The notes under the pieces: model-generated
Seen by the model: the letters and a program-made list of their open reading frames with translations, nothing else
The model's database searches: none
What the model was told of the DNA's origin: nothing
Position numbers and translations under genes: made by a program
Shown: positions 1 through 10,542 of the stretch, piece after piece
Numbering within the stretch: position 1 is the first letter of the stretch
How the letters are laid out: each line of letters starts with the position of its first letter
Source: Methanocaldococcus sp. 28A
GTDB lineage: Archaea; AGJL01; Methanococci; Methanococcales; Methanocaldococcaceae
Reading direction: 5' to 3' (one strand)
Length of the DNA: 64,000 nucleotides
Assembly (NCBI GenBank): GCA_049852185.1
Contig: CP187540.1

Positions 1-99
1 TAAACAAAAAAACATGGAAAAGTGTTTATGTTTGGTTAAGGAGATGAAATAATTAAATATTTCATAAATTAAAAATCCATTAATTTTCATATCACTAAT

Positions 100-454
100 T
101 TTTTGTAATTCATCAATATTAGGAGTTTTTAGTTCATTTAAAGTATTCTTAGGCACTGGAATACCACTAATAACTGGTATGTTTTTAATCATACTTTTAA
201 TAACTTTTATGGTCTCTTGTCCTCATTGTAATCTTTAAATAATACTTCAATAAACTTATCATATTTTGAGATAAAAATCCCTCTAAGGTTTATATAAAAT
301 TTTATATAAAATATCTAATCTATTATTTATTACCTCGTTAATTAATGCTGTCTTACCACTTTATAGGTCCATAAATAAAATAAATAAAATTTGGTTCTCC
401 CTCTAAAATTGATAAGATTTCTTTTATTTCTTTTTCTCTGTTGAAGAATTTCAT
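100..454 (-). pseudogene. Frameshifted, truncated archaeal (MJ-type) ATPase gene
   Basis: Minus strand from ATG at 454 reads MKFFNREKEIKEILSILEGEPNFIYFIYGPI. A frameshift falls inside the Walker A (GPI/SGKT), followed by FYINLRGIFISKYDKFIEVLF and GIPVPKNTLNEL. The left boundary is approximate. Confidence 0.75.
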
Positions 455-462
455 AATCAACA

Positions 463-492
463 CCTAAAGTTTATTTTATTTTGCATACAACT
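463..492. repeat. Palindromic repeat family A, end fragment
   Basis: TAAAGTTTATTTTATTTTGCATACAACT matches the right end of the full copies (e.g. 32951-32981). Confidence 0.6.
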
Positions 493-1116
493 TTATTCAT
501 CTTTAACATAATTTTTTAAAATTCCAATACCCTCAATCTCACATTCTACAACATCTCCATCCTTTAACTCTCCGACACCTGGAGGTGTGCCAGTTGAGAT
601 AATATCTCCTGGATATAGTGTCATTATTGAAGAGATAAATTCAACCAACTCATAAACATCAAAAATCATATTTTTTGTATTTGATTTTTGTTTAACTTCA
701 TTATTAATTCTACACTCAATATTTAGGTTCATAGGGTCTATGTCTTTAACAATCTTTGGACCTATAGGACAAAATGTATCAAATGATTTAGCCCTTGTCC
801 ATTGCCCATCTTTCTGCTGTAAATCTCTTGCTGTTACATCATTTAAAATTGTGTATCCCATTATATACTCATCAGCTTCTTCTTTTTTAATATTCTTTCC
901 TTTTTTTCCTATAACAATAGCTAATTCAACTTCATAATCGACTCTCTTAGAGATTTTTGGTTTTATAATGTAGTCTTCATTGTAGATGATTGCAGAAGTA
1001 GGTTTTAAAAATATTATTGGATATTCGGGAATTTCCATATTTAGCTCTTTTGCATGGTCTATGTAGTTTAAACCAACACAGATAATTTTTGTTGGTTTAA
1101 TTTCTCTTATGTCCAT
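493..1116 (-). CDS. Fumarylacetoacetate hydrolase family protein
   Basis: KIICVGLNYIDH, DYEVELA, NDVTARD, KSFDTFCPIGP and TGTPPGVG motifs. Confidence 0.92.
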   Translation of the reverse strand: MDIREIKPTKIICVGLNYIDHAKELNMEIPEYPIIFLKPTSAIIYNEDYIIKPKISKRVDYEVELAIVIGKKGKNIKKEEADEYIMGYTILNDVTARDLQQKDGQWTRAKSFDTFCPIGPKIVKDIDPMNLNIECRINNEVKQKSNTKNMIFDVYELVEFISSIMTLYPGDIISTGTPPGVGELKDGDVVECEIEGIGILKNYVKDE

Positions 1117-1137
1117 TCAACCACCGTATTAAATTAA

Positions 1138-1689
1138 TTATAAAATTACAACTTTTCCCTCAACAACATCAATTTTAACTAAGGTTTTAATTTTATATCC
1201 TGTTTTTTCTTCAACTATCTTCTTTCCTTCTCCTCTTTCAATAACACAGATAATGTCTTTTATTTCAGCTCCAGCTCTTTTTAATGCTTCAATTATAGCT
1301 ATCATTGTACCTCCAGTTGAGATAACATCATCTATAATAACAACCTTATCTCCTTTTTCTATACCGTTTAAATAGAGTTGTCCTTTACTATAACCTGTTG
1401 TTTGAAAGACAGGAATTTCTCCTGGTAATTTGTATTCTCTCTTTCTCATAATTACATAAGGGATATCAGTATATAGCGAGAGAATTGTTACCAAAGGAAT
1501 TCCCATAGCCTCAGCAGTAACTAATTTGGTAACTCCTTCAAAGTTTCCTATCTTTATTATTCTTGTTGCTACTTCTCTCAACAGCTTTGGTTCAACAACT
1601 GGCACTCCATCACTTATTGGGTGTATAAAATAATGATACTCTCCTCTTTTAACAATTGGGCATGATTTTAACGTTTCTTCTAATAACAA
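1138..1689 (-). CDS. hpt: Hypoxanthine/guanine phosphoribosyltransferase
   Basis: PRPP-binding [12 protein letters not shown] and YFIHPISDG motifs. Start moved to the TTG at 1689, behind a GGAGGTG RBS. Confidence 0.88.
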   Translation of the reverse strand: MLLEETLKSCPIVKRGEYHYFIHPISDGVPVVEPKLLREVATRIIKIGNFEGVTKLVTAEAMGIPLVTILSLYTDIPYVIMRKREYKLPGEIPVFQTTGYSKGQLYLNGIEKGDKVVIIDDVISTGGTMIAIIEALKRAGAEIKDIICVIERGEGKKIVEEKTGYKIKTLVKIDVVEGKVVIL

Positions 1690-1714
1690 TATTCCACCTC
1701 CAAGTTTATTATTA

Positions 1715-1770
1715 TAGAACTTTCTCACTTTATATATTAAATAAGGAACTTTGACACCTTTAGGTATCTA
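1715..1770. repeat. Palindromic repeat family B, partial copy
   Basis: TAGAACTTTCTCAC resembles the TAGGACTTTCGCA end, and the internal palindrome GACACCTTTAGGTATC is present. Confidence 0.55.
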
Positions 1771-1771
1771 T

Positions 1772-2356
1772 TTACAATGTTTTATAAACACCAGGGCTTG
1801 GTTCAAATATATCTCCAGAGTTTTTTAACTCGGATAAATACTTCTCTAAATCCTCTTCTGGAATATTAACCATTCCAGCGAGTTCTTCAAATGTGATTTC
1901 ACCAAATTTATCAATAAGAGCTAAAATCTTATCTTTTATGACATCTGGATTTAAAATCTCAGTGTATATCTCTTCTTCTAAATCTTCTTCAAATGGTTCA
2001 GCATTTTTTAATAAGTATTTTCTTGTCTTTTTAATTTCTAAATCTCTAAGCTTTATCCATCTTTCGTCTCTCTTTCTAATAATTTCAGCCAGAATATATT
2101 TTTCTCCATCGTAGGTTCTTGGTCTTCCAATAACATCTACTATATCCCCTTCTTCAATATAAACTGGCTTTTCTTCAAAGTATCTAACATTAACGCCTTC
2201 TACATAAAGAGATAGGATATTTCCAACGTTTATACTATCAACTTTTCCTAAAATCCTAACTCTCCTAACTTTTCTTCCCTCTATAATTAAAGCATTATCA
2301 ATTACTTCATTATTTAAAAACTCTTCTGGATAAATTTTATAGGCAACATATCTCAT
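1772..2356 (-). CDS. OB-fold plus C-terminal winged-helix protein (RPA subunit-like)
   Basis: RVRILGKV...GDIVDVIGRPRTY OB-fold pattern, with a wHTH-like tail ending GDIFEPSPGVYK. Confidence 0.75.
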   Translation of the reverse strand: MRYVAYKIYPEEFLNNEVIDNALIIEGRKVRRVRILGKVDSINVGNILSLYVEGVNVRYFEEKPVYIEEGDIVDVIGRPRTYDGEKYILAEIIRKRDERWIKLRDLEIKKTRKYLLKNAEPFEEDLEEEIYTEILNPDVIKDKILALIDKFGEITFEELAGMVNIPEEDLEKYLSELKNSGDIFEPSPGVYKTL

Positions 2357-2370
2357 AATTTCACCAAAAT

Positions 2371-2480
2371 TATAGTTTTGTGTAAAAGTGTCTATGGTAA
2401 ATGAGGTATTAATGAATGTCTTCTAAAAAGAAGACCTTCAAATTTCCTTATAAAGTTTAATTTATTTTACACAAAACTAC
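2371..2480. repeat. Palindromic repeat family A copy
   Basis: Ends TATAGTTTTGTGTAAAA...TTTTACACAAAACTA, internal palindrome GAATGTCTTC-N6-GAAGACCTTC. Confidence 0.85.
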
Positions 2481-3637
2481 TAAATTTCCTCTACGCTTAA
2501 GAATAAACATTTTAGATATTCAGTGCCTTTGGAAGTTATTGGATGGTCTGGACTTTGTGAGCCATACTTTATAATCTTAGCCCATTTTTTTGCCTTTAAG
2601 CAGGCATCTATAACCAACGCTTTAAAAGCATCTGGTTCTACTGGCTGAGAGCATGAACAAGTTACTAACAATCTATCAGCCAATTTAGCTCCAAATCTGT
2701 TTAGCATGTGATATCCTCTAATAGCATCTTTTAAAGCTTTTTTTGATTGAGCAAATGCTGGAGGGTCTAAAATTACTATATCAAATTTCTCTCCATCTTC
2801 TATAAACTCTTCCATAACTTTAAAGGCATTCCCTTCAATAAACTCATACCTATCTTTTGGAATATTGTTTAGTTCCATATTTTCTTCAGCTGTTTTTAGT
2901 GCCTTTTTAGATAAATCTACTCCTACAACCTCAGCTCCTTTTATAGCACAATGAACTGAAAATCCTCCAGTATAACAGCAAATATCTAAAACTTTATCTC
3001 TTTCTTTCACAAATTTCTCTATCTCCAATCTATTTTCTCTCTGGTCTAAAAAAAATCCTGTTTTTTGTCCATCAAAGGTAACTTTAAATTTTGCATCCCC
3101 TTCTTTAATAATTGTTTCTGTTTTCTCTCCAGCTAATATTCCTTCAATCTCTGGTAATCCTGCTCTTTTCCTATTTCTTCCAGAACTTTTTTCATATATG
3201 CTGTCTATCCCTAAATCTAAAAGTGTTTCAACAACAACATCCTTCATCTTCTCAATACCGTAGTTGAATATTTGAACTGTAGCTATGTCGTTGTATTTAT
3301 CAATAACCAACCCATTTAACCAATCAGATTGAGTATAAACCATCCTATAAGTATCTTTAAACCCTAATTTTAACCTATATTCATTTGCTTTAATTATTTT
3401 TTCTTTTATGTAATTTTCGTCTAAATCTTCTTTTCTTAAGGTCATTATTCTTATTTCCCTTGGATTTTTAAAACCTCTTCCTAAAAATTTCCCTCTCTTT
3501 GAGTAGATATCTACGACTTCTCCAATTTCTATCTTATCAAAATCTTCTTTATTTAATATATTTTCTCTTGGAATAATTAAATTTCCCTTCTCTATTGCTG
3601 AATATCCTCCAAAATCAACATATAGCTTTGTGGTCAT
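2480..3637 (-). CDS. PUA-domain SAM-dependent rRNA m5C methyltransferase (RlmI-like)
   Basis: GQKTGFFLDQRENR, VLDICCYTGGF, ILDPPAF, TCSCS and YLK motifs. Confidence 0.9.
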   Translation of the reverse strand: MTTKLYVDFGGYSAIEKGNLIIPRENILNKEDFDKIEIGEVVDIYSKRGKFLGRGFKNPREIRIMTLRKEDLDENYIKEKIIKANEYRLKLGFKDTYRMVYTQSDWLNGLVIDKYNDIATVQIFNYGIEKMKDVVVETLLDLGIDSIYEKSSGRNRKRAGLPEIEGILAGEKTETIIKEGDAKFKVTFDGQKTGFFLDQRENRLEIEKFVKERDKVLDICCYTGGFSVHCAIKGAEVVGVDLSKKALKTAEENMELNNIPKDRYEFIEGNAFKVMEEFIEDGEKFDIVILDPPAFAQSKKALKDAIRGYHMLNRFGAKLADRLLVTCSCSQPVEPDAFKALVIDACLKAKKWAKIIKYGSQSPDHPITSKGTEYLKCLFLSVEEI

Positions 3638-3664
3638 GGCTAATCCACCATATTTTTATTTTTT

Positions 3665-5947
3665 TTATTTTTCTTTTTGTTTTTCATTATCATTTGGTTT
3701 TAGTTTTTCTGTATATTTGCATTTTGGATAATTAGAGCAGCCAATAAACTTTCCAAACTTTCCATCTCTAATAATTAAGTCTCCTCCACATTTTGGACAT
3801 TTTCCTACAACTTCTTTTTTATTTATTGGTTCTGTATATTTGCACTTTGGATAATTTGAGCATCCATAAAAAGCCCCATAAACTCCCTTCTTTAAAATCA
3901 AATTAGCCCCACATTTTGGACATTTTCTATTTTCTTCTTTAACTTCAACATGTTTTAATGGACATTCTGGATTAATACAAACTTCTTTATCCCCAATTTT
4001 TAAAATAGGGGCTTTGCAGATTTCACAAACTTTGTTTAGAATCTTTATTCTACCTTTATCTGGAAGTGAATATTTTACATCACATTCTGGATAATTAGAG
4101 CATCCAACAAACCTACTTCTCTTGTATTTTATTAAAATTAAATCTCCTCCACATTTAGGGCATTTTCCAACGATTTTTGCTTTTTTGTTTGTAGCATCTA
4201 AGTTTTTTATAAGGTAGATTCCAATATCTTCTTCTTTCTTTTTAAACACTTCCAATATTTTTCTCAATCTTTTTTCTGCTTCTTCTAAAACATCATCTTT
4301 CTTAATTTTTCTAAACTGTATTTTCTCTAACTTCTCCTCTAAATCCCTCGTCATCTTTTCATCAATAATCTCTGGGCAGAATCTTTTTAATGTTTCAATT
4401 ACTGAAATTCCTAAGTCAGTTACTTTTAAAGAACCATCATCAATAACATAACCTCTTTTTATTAGTTTATCAACTATTTCAGCTCTTGTAGCCTTTGTTC
4501 CTAAGCCTCTCTTTTCTAATTCCTTAATAATACTTGCAACAGTATATCTCTTTGGTGGTTGAGTTTCTTTTCTTGTTATTGTAATTTTTTCAACTTTAAT
4601 TATGTCATTTTTCTTTAATGGAGGCAATTCAATCTCATCAAATTTTGGGAAGTAATAAATTTCATGCCAACCTTCTTTTACTGTCCTTGAGCCAGATAAT
4701 TTAAATTTTTCTCCTTTTATGTCAATTTTTACATTTAAATATTCCCTCTCTACATTATCCCAAAAAGCAGCTAAAGTTCTTCTTGCAATTAAATCATAAA
4801 TTTTCTTCTCTCTCTCTGAAAGCTCTTCTTTTGGAATATCTACTATGTGTATAGCAGGATGTGCTGGGTCTTCTTTTTTTCCTTCAACAGGTTTTAAATT
4901 CTCCTCTAAAATCCTCTCTGCCCATTTTCCATAAACTGGATGATTTTTTATTATATTTAGAATATCTTCTAAATATTTTCTATCTTTTGGAAGTTTTTGG
5001 CTTGATGTTCTTGGATATGAGATTAAAGCTTTTTCATAAAGATTTTGAGCAATTTCTTGCGTTTCCTTTGGAGATATTTTAAAATAACTGTAAGCTTCTC
5101 TTTGTAAAGTTCCTAAATCAAATGGAGGGAGTGGTTTTAATGCTCTTTTAGTTTTTTTAATTTCAACAACTTTGGCAAATTTTTCATTTTTTATTTTTTC
5201 AAAAATAGTTTTAGCCTCTTTTTCATCCCAAAATTTATCTTTCTCATGTGTAGCTTTTAAATTGTCCATTAATAAAGCTTCAATAACCCAATATGGTTTA
5301 GGTATAAAACTTTTAATTTCTAACTCTCTTTCAGTTAAAAAAGCTAATGCAGGTCCTTGAACTCTACCTATACTCATTGTTTTCCATCTATTCACTGCTC
5401 TTATGGCATTCATTAACGCCCTTGATAAATTTATACCAAAATACCAATCTACGATATGCCTACTCTCTCCAGCATCAACTAAACCATAATCAATTTCATC
5501 TGGATTTTCATAAGCTTTTATAATCTCTTTTTTTGTTAATGATGAGAATCTCATTCTCTTAGCTTTTTCTTTTCCACAACAGTATTTTAATGCATGATAA
5601 CCAATTAACTCTCCTTCAATATCCCAATCTGTTGCTATATAAAACTCATCTGCTTCTTTTGATAATTTTTTTAATACTTTTATGTATTTATTTACGTATT
5701 CTTTTCCTTTTTCAACACTTGCTGGAGCCCACTTTACATCAAAAACTGGATAAGTGCCAAATTCTTTATTTTCTTTTTCAACTAATGTAAAGAGATGCCC
5801 AACAGCACTTGCAACAATAATTTTTCTTCCATTTCTTTCCAATTCATAATATGGAACTCCATCAATACTTTTTTTCTTAGCTTTGCCTAAAGCGTTTGCT
5901 ATCTTTTTAGCAACACTTGGCTTTTCACATATTATTAATGTAGCCAT
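3665..5947 (-). CDS. topA: DNA topoisomerase I (type IA) with C-terminal zinc ribbons
   Basis: Toprim EKPS and DWDIEGE, active-site ISYPRT, repeated CPKCG...GCSNYPKC domains. Confidence 0.96.
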   Translation of the reverse strand: MATLIICEKPSVAKKIANALGKAKKKSIDGVPYYELERNGRKIIVASAVGHLFTLVEKENKEFGTYPVFDVKWAPASVEKGKEYVNKYIKVLKKLSKEADEFYIATDWDIEGELIGYHALKYCCGKEKAKRMRFSSLTKKEIIKAYENPDEIDYGLVDAGESRHIVDWYFGINLSRALMNAIRAVNRWKTMSIGRVQGPALAFLTERELEIKSFIPKPYWVIEALLMDNLKATHEKDKFWDEKEAKTIFEKIKNEKFAKVVEIKKTKRALKPLPPFDLGTLQREAYSYFKISPKETQEIAQNLYEKALISYPRTSSQKLPKDRKYLEDILNIIKNHPVYGKWAERILEENLKPVEGKKEDPAHPAIHIVDIPKEELSEREKKIYDLIARRTLAAFWDNVEREYLNVKIDIKGEKFKLSGSRTVKEGWHEIYYFPKFDEIELPPLKKNDIIKVEKITITRKETQPPKRYTVASIIKELEKRGLGTKATRAEIVDKLIKRGYVIDDGSLKVTDLGISVIETLKRFCPEIIDEKMTRDLEEKLEKIQFRKIKKDDVLEEAEKRLRKILEVFKKKEEDIGIYLIKNLDATNKKAKIVGKCPKCGGDLILIKYKRSRFVGCSNYPECDVKYSLPDKGRIKILNKVCEICKAPILKIGDKEVCINPECPLKHVEVKEENRKCPKCGANLILKKGVYGAFYGCSNYPKCKYTEPINKKEVVGKCPKCGGDLIIRDGKFGKFIGCSNYPKCKYTEKLKPNDNEKQKEK

Positions 5948-5980
5948 AATTTCACAAAAATAATATTTTAGTCCTTAATT

Positions 5981-6089
5981 TATAGTTGTATGCAAAATAA
6001 AATTTTATAATGACAATTTGAATGTCTTCCTTTTAGAAGACATCCATTAATACCTTATTTTAATTAAGATACTTTTGCACACAACTATA
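5981..6089. repeat. Palindromic repeat family A copy
   Basis: Ends TATAGTTGTATGCAAAA...TTTTGCACACAACTATA, internal ATGTCTTC-N6-GAAGACAT. Confidence 0.9.
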
Positions 6090-6176
6090 TATGCAACTTT
6101 AATTTAAAAAATTATTTAATCATGGAGTTATTTATTTAAGTTTTTAAATAAAATATTGAATAAAAATAGTTGTTTG

Positions 6177-6824
6177 TTATTTATACCGCACCGATCTGAT
6201 TTTAATAGGATATACTCCAAGCAGAAGTATAAGTTTCCATACCGAATCGGTCTTATTTTAATAAAAAAAGGAGGATATGTTGGGAAATTAAAAATGGAGT
6301 TTCCATACCGAATCGGTCTTATTTTAATTGAAATCAAAAAAAGGCATATATGAATATGATAAATTGATTTAGTTTCCATACCGAATCGGTCTTATTTTAA
6401 TAGTTTTTGATTTACCTTTACCACTCTTACCATACAATATTGTTTCCATACCGAATCGGTCTTATTTTAATGGTCTTATTTTAATTTAGCAGATAACAAT
6501 TTAAGCACCGCATACAACAGTTTCCATACCGAATCGGTCTTATTTTAATATTGCCAGAAAAACAACCGCCGTTTTTGAGTAATTATTTGTTTCCATACCG
6601 AATCGGTCTTATTTTAATAATCCATTAATATACATATTTTTTATTAAATCTTTACAGTTTCCATACCGAATCGGTCTTATTTTAATGAAGAAGTATTTAA
6701 ACAAACATTAAACACTGCAGGGGCATAGTTTCCATACCGAATCGGTCTTATTTTAATTAGCAATTTAGTAACTATAAAAAACACTGATTTAGTGGTTTCC
6801 ATACCGGATCGGTCTTATTTTAAT
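6177..6824 (-). CRISPR. CRISPR array, 10 repeats of 30 bp and 9 spacers
   Basis: GTTTCCATACCGAATCGGTCTTATTTTAAT at 6233, 6299, 6372, 6442, 6520, 6589, 6657, 6728 and 6795 (one mismatch), plus a degenerate copy at 6177. Spacers are 26-43 nt. The minus-strand repeat ends in GAAAC and the degenerate copy is distal, so transcription is leftward. Confidence 0.97.
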
Positions 6825-7200
6825 AGGAGGCATTTTTTGAATTAAACGAAATTAAGCATTTTTAAATCTTTATTTTATAGGGGTTATATTACGACCCCCC
6901 AATTACTTGGTTTTTTTATATATCCTAACTAATATAAATACTTTACGGTATTGTGTTAATTAGGACAATAAAAACCCATTAACTAAAAAATCAAATTATC
7001 TATCGGGGAAATATAAATATAAAAATAATTATCTAAAATCTCCTAAAAATCTTACTAATTTAATACATCTAAATAAGTAAAATATTAAAAATAAGCTACC
7101 CTTAGAAATTAGCTAAAAATCCTTAAAATCAAAAAATATTCCTTTAAAAATTTCTAAATTAAAAATAAAAAACTTTTAGCGTGATAACAAAAAATTAAAA
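6825..7200 (-). promoter_or_regulatory. CRISPR leader with BRE/TATA
   Basis: AT-rich non-coding region next to the intact end of the array. Minus strand reads CCGTAAAG-TATTTATA at about 6931-6948. Confidence 0.75.
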
Positions 7201-7202
7201 AA

Positions 7203-7937
7203 TTAATAAATATCAAATAACTCTCCTAATGTTATTTTTTTATCTGTCTTAACCAACTCTGGAATTTTTCCTTTAATACCAACTTTATCTCTAACAACAA
7301 CAAAAACTCCATCTATCTTTTCTATTTCATCAGCCCTTTCTAAAGCGTTAAATATCATCTCTTCCTCATCTCTTCCTCTTGAAGCGTTACATATTGATGT
7401 TGCTGCTGCATCTGCTATAGCAGAGCTTTTAGCAAAAACAGTAACTGCATCAGCCTCTCCAAAACTTATTGAATGCCCAACTGTTGCTGATGAAGTACAA
7501 ACACCATAAATATTTTTAATTTTCTCCTTATTTAATTTAAATCCAACCTCTCCAGTAATTTTAGAGTTTCCAGCATATAATCCAACAACAACATCTTTTT
7601 TAGCTCTTAAGCAGATATCTCCACCATTTTCAGCAATGATGTTTTTTGCTCCAATATTTTTAATTAACATCTCCGCTATAGCTCCAGCAACACTCGCCAT
7701 AGGTCCTACATTGGCAATTTCTCCAGCTACAGCCATTAACTTTACAATTTCTGGGGAATCTATCTCTATAGAAATTGGATAGTAAGATGTTAAAAAATAA
7801 GGATTTTTTAATATGTATCTCTCCAATTCTAACCTATTTTTTAAGATAATTTCCTCTGCTTTTTTAAAGTATCTCTTATTATCAATCTTTAAAAGTATAT
7901 TCGTTTCTTTTATTATGATTCTTTTTTTGAACCACAT
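7203..7937 (-). CDS. UPF0280 (ApbE-like) family protein
   Basis: VGPMASVAGAIAE, ENGGDI and TSSATVGHSISFGEADAV motifs. Confidence 0.88.
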   Translation of the reverse strand: MWFKKRIIIKETNILLKIDNKRYFKKAEEIILKNRLELERYILKNPYFLTSYYPISIEIDSPEIVKLMAVAGEIANVGPMASVAGAIAEMLIKNIGAKNIIAENGGDICLRAKKDVVVGLYAGNSKITGEVGFKLNKEKIKNIYGVCTSSATVGHSISFGEADAVTVFAKSSAIADAAATSICNASRGRDEEEMIFNALERADEIEKIDGVFVVVRDKVGIKGKIPELVKTDKKITLGELFDIY

Positions 7938-7938
7938 G

Positions 7939-8907
7939 TCATTCCACCAAATTATAAAAATCTGAAATCATTTTTAAGTCATCTTCTAAAATTCTACCTT
8001 TTGTAGTTAAATAATTTCCAACCATTAATCCATCCAAAGCCATTAGAGCATAGGATTGTAAATCTCTCAAATTATATCCTCTTCCACCAGCCAATCTAAT
8101 TTCTGCATAAGGCATAATTATTTTATATAAAGCCAAAGACTTTAGAGCATCTGAAATACTTATTGTCTTAATTTCTCCATTTTTTATTTTTTCATAAGCT
8201 TTAGTTCCTTCAATTGGATGTAAAATATTTATTGGGACACTATCAACCCCTAAATTTTTAAGTTCAAAAGCCATTTTTATTCTTTCTTCTAAGCTTTCTC
8301 CAAGTCCAAATATCCCACCACTACAAACTTCTAAGCCAAGCTTTTTAGCCTCTTTTATTATTTTAACTTTATCTTCATAAGAATGAGTTGAGCAAATGTT
8401 TTTAAAGTGGTTTTTTGATGTTTCTAAGTTGTTGTGCAATCTTACATTTAATTTTTTTAATTCCTTTAATTTTTCTTTATCTAATAAACCCAAAGAACAA
8501 CATACTTTTAGATTTGTTTCTTCTTTTATGAGCTCTATAGCTTCAAGAATTTCTATAAATTCATCATCGTTAATTTTTTTACCACTTGTAACTATGCTAA
8601 ATCTTTCAACGATTCCATCAAAATTTTTAGCATAATCTAAAATCTCTCTTTTTGACTTTAATGGATATATTGGGATGTTGCAATTATTGTGAATTGACTG
8701 AGAGCAGAAAATACAATCCTCTGAACATTTTCCACTTTTAGCGTTTATTATAGCACATAATTTAATTTTGCCATTATTTATCTTATTTTTTATCTTAAAT
8801 GATAAATATAGCAAATCTATGGCATTGAAGTTTTTATAAAGATATATGGCATCATCAAAACTTATCCTATTTTTTAAAGATTTTTCTAAAAAAGTTTCAA
8901 TAACCAT
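7939..8907 (-). CDS. bioB: Biotin synthase
   Basis: Radical SAM INAKSGKCSEDCIFCSQS, HNNLET, CSGGIFGLGE, RLAGGR and GNYLTT motifs. Confidence 0.92.
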   Translation of the reverse strand: MVIETFLEKSLKNRISFDDAIYLYKNFNAIDLLYLSFKIKNKINNGKIKLCAIINAKSGKCSEDCIFCSQSIHNNCNIPIYPLKSKREILDYAKNFDGIVERFSIVTSGKKINDDEFIEILEAIELIKEETNLKVCCSLGLLDKEKLKELKKLNVRLHNNLETSKNHFKNICSTHSYEDKVKIIKEAKKLGLEVCSGGIFGLGESLEERIKMAFELKNLGVDSVPINILHPIEGTKAYEKIKNGEIKTISISDALKSLALYKIIMPYAEIRLAGGRGYNLRDLQSYALMALDGLMVGNYLTTKGRILEDDLKMISDFYNLVE

Positions 8908-8985
8908 AAAAATCCCCACTCAATTTCTTAAAAATAGAACTTTGATATCCAAACTTAAATATTAAACTTTAGAGAAAGTTTTTAT

Positions 8986-9312
8986 TTAAAAGACTTTTTT
9001 GTAGTATTTTTCTGCTATATCTCCAAATATTGGGAATTTATATTTTTCACCATTGTAAGCTTTAATCATTCCAACAATCCATAAGATAATTATTGCTATA
9101 TTTATTAAAGTAGAGATTATCCATCCTACTATCATAATCTTCGAAACTACTAAAGCCACCAAATCTAAACTTAAAAATGTTATAAATGACTGCATTGCAT
9201 GAAATCTAATAAAATCATCTTCTTTTTCTAACAATAAAAATATTAATCCACTAACCCAAAACAGCAAATAACATAAGGCTCCCTCTATATTTTTATCTAA
9301 TCCAAAGGCCAT
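8986..9312 (-). CDS. DUF4870-type small membrane protein
   Basis: GALCY...IRFHAMQS...KAYNGEKYKFPIFG with three hydrophobic segments. Confidence 0.8.
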   Translation of the reverse strand: MAFGLDKNIEGALCYLLFWVSGLIFLLLEKEDDFIRFHAMQSFITFLSLDLVALVVSKIMIVGWIISTLINIAIIILWIVGMIKAYNGEKYKFPIFGDIAEKYYKKVF

Positions 9313-9341
9313 AATATCACCAACAAACAATATAATTTAGA

Positions 9342-10007
<666 letters not shown>

Positions 10008-10020
10008 TCACCGTGAGAGT

Positions 10021-10533
10021 ATGATAGTTCGAACTAAGATAGTTCAGATAAAAGATTATTTCATAGGGATGGTATTTAAAGATAATCAATTAGTTAGGAA
10101 TACAATCCCTCTAAGAAGAGAAGAGTTATTTAAATTTTTCAATGGAGAGATTAGTAGGGAGTGTAAATATTTAAGAGTGGCAGAAATTATATTAAAACTA
10201 TATCTTGGAAAAATGAATGATAAAGAAGCAAGAAAATTAATAGATTACAAATTAGAAGTCTCAGAATTTACAAAAAAGGTTTTAGATGTCGTTAAAGATA
10301 TAGAATTTGGAGAGGTATTAACTTATGGAGATATAGCCAAAAAAATAAACACTTCACCAAGAGCTGTTGGAAGGGCACTAAAAGCTAATCCTTTACCTTT
10401 AATAATCCCTTGCCATAGAGTTGTTGCTAAAAATTCTTTAGGCGGATATTTTTATGGTGTAGATAAGAAAAAATTTATCTTAGAGATGGAAAAAATTAGA
10501 AAAAATAGAAAAATAATAAAAAATAAACAGTAA
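10021..10533 (+). CDS. ogt: Methylated-DNA--protein-cysteine methyltransferase
   Basis: RAVG...NPLPLIIPCHRVV active site. Confidence 0.93.
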   Translation: MIVRTKIVQIKDYFIGMVFKDNQLVRNTIPLRREELFKFFNGEISRECKYLRVAEIILKLYLGKMNDKEARKLIDYKLEVSEFTKKVLDVVKDIEFGEVLTYGDIAKKINTSPRAVGRALKANPLPLIIPCHRVVAKNSLGGYFYGVDKKKFILEMEKIRKNRKIIKNKQ

Positions 10534-10542
10534 AAAATAACA

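Noticed and set aside
3690-4170. Repeated DNA segments at the 3' end of topA
   Set aside because: Explained by the tandem zinc-ribbon domains.
3665-5947. Inteins in topA, the HerA genes, argS or ABCE1
   Set aside because: Lengths are normal, and no intein splice motifs or LAGLIDADG blocks were seen.
6128-6379. ORFs of 83 and 65 aa
   Set aside because: Translations of CRISPR repeats and spacers.
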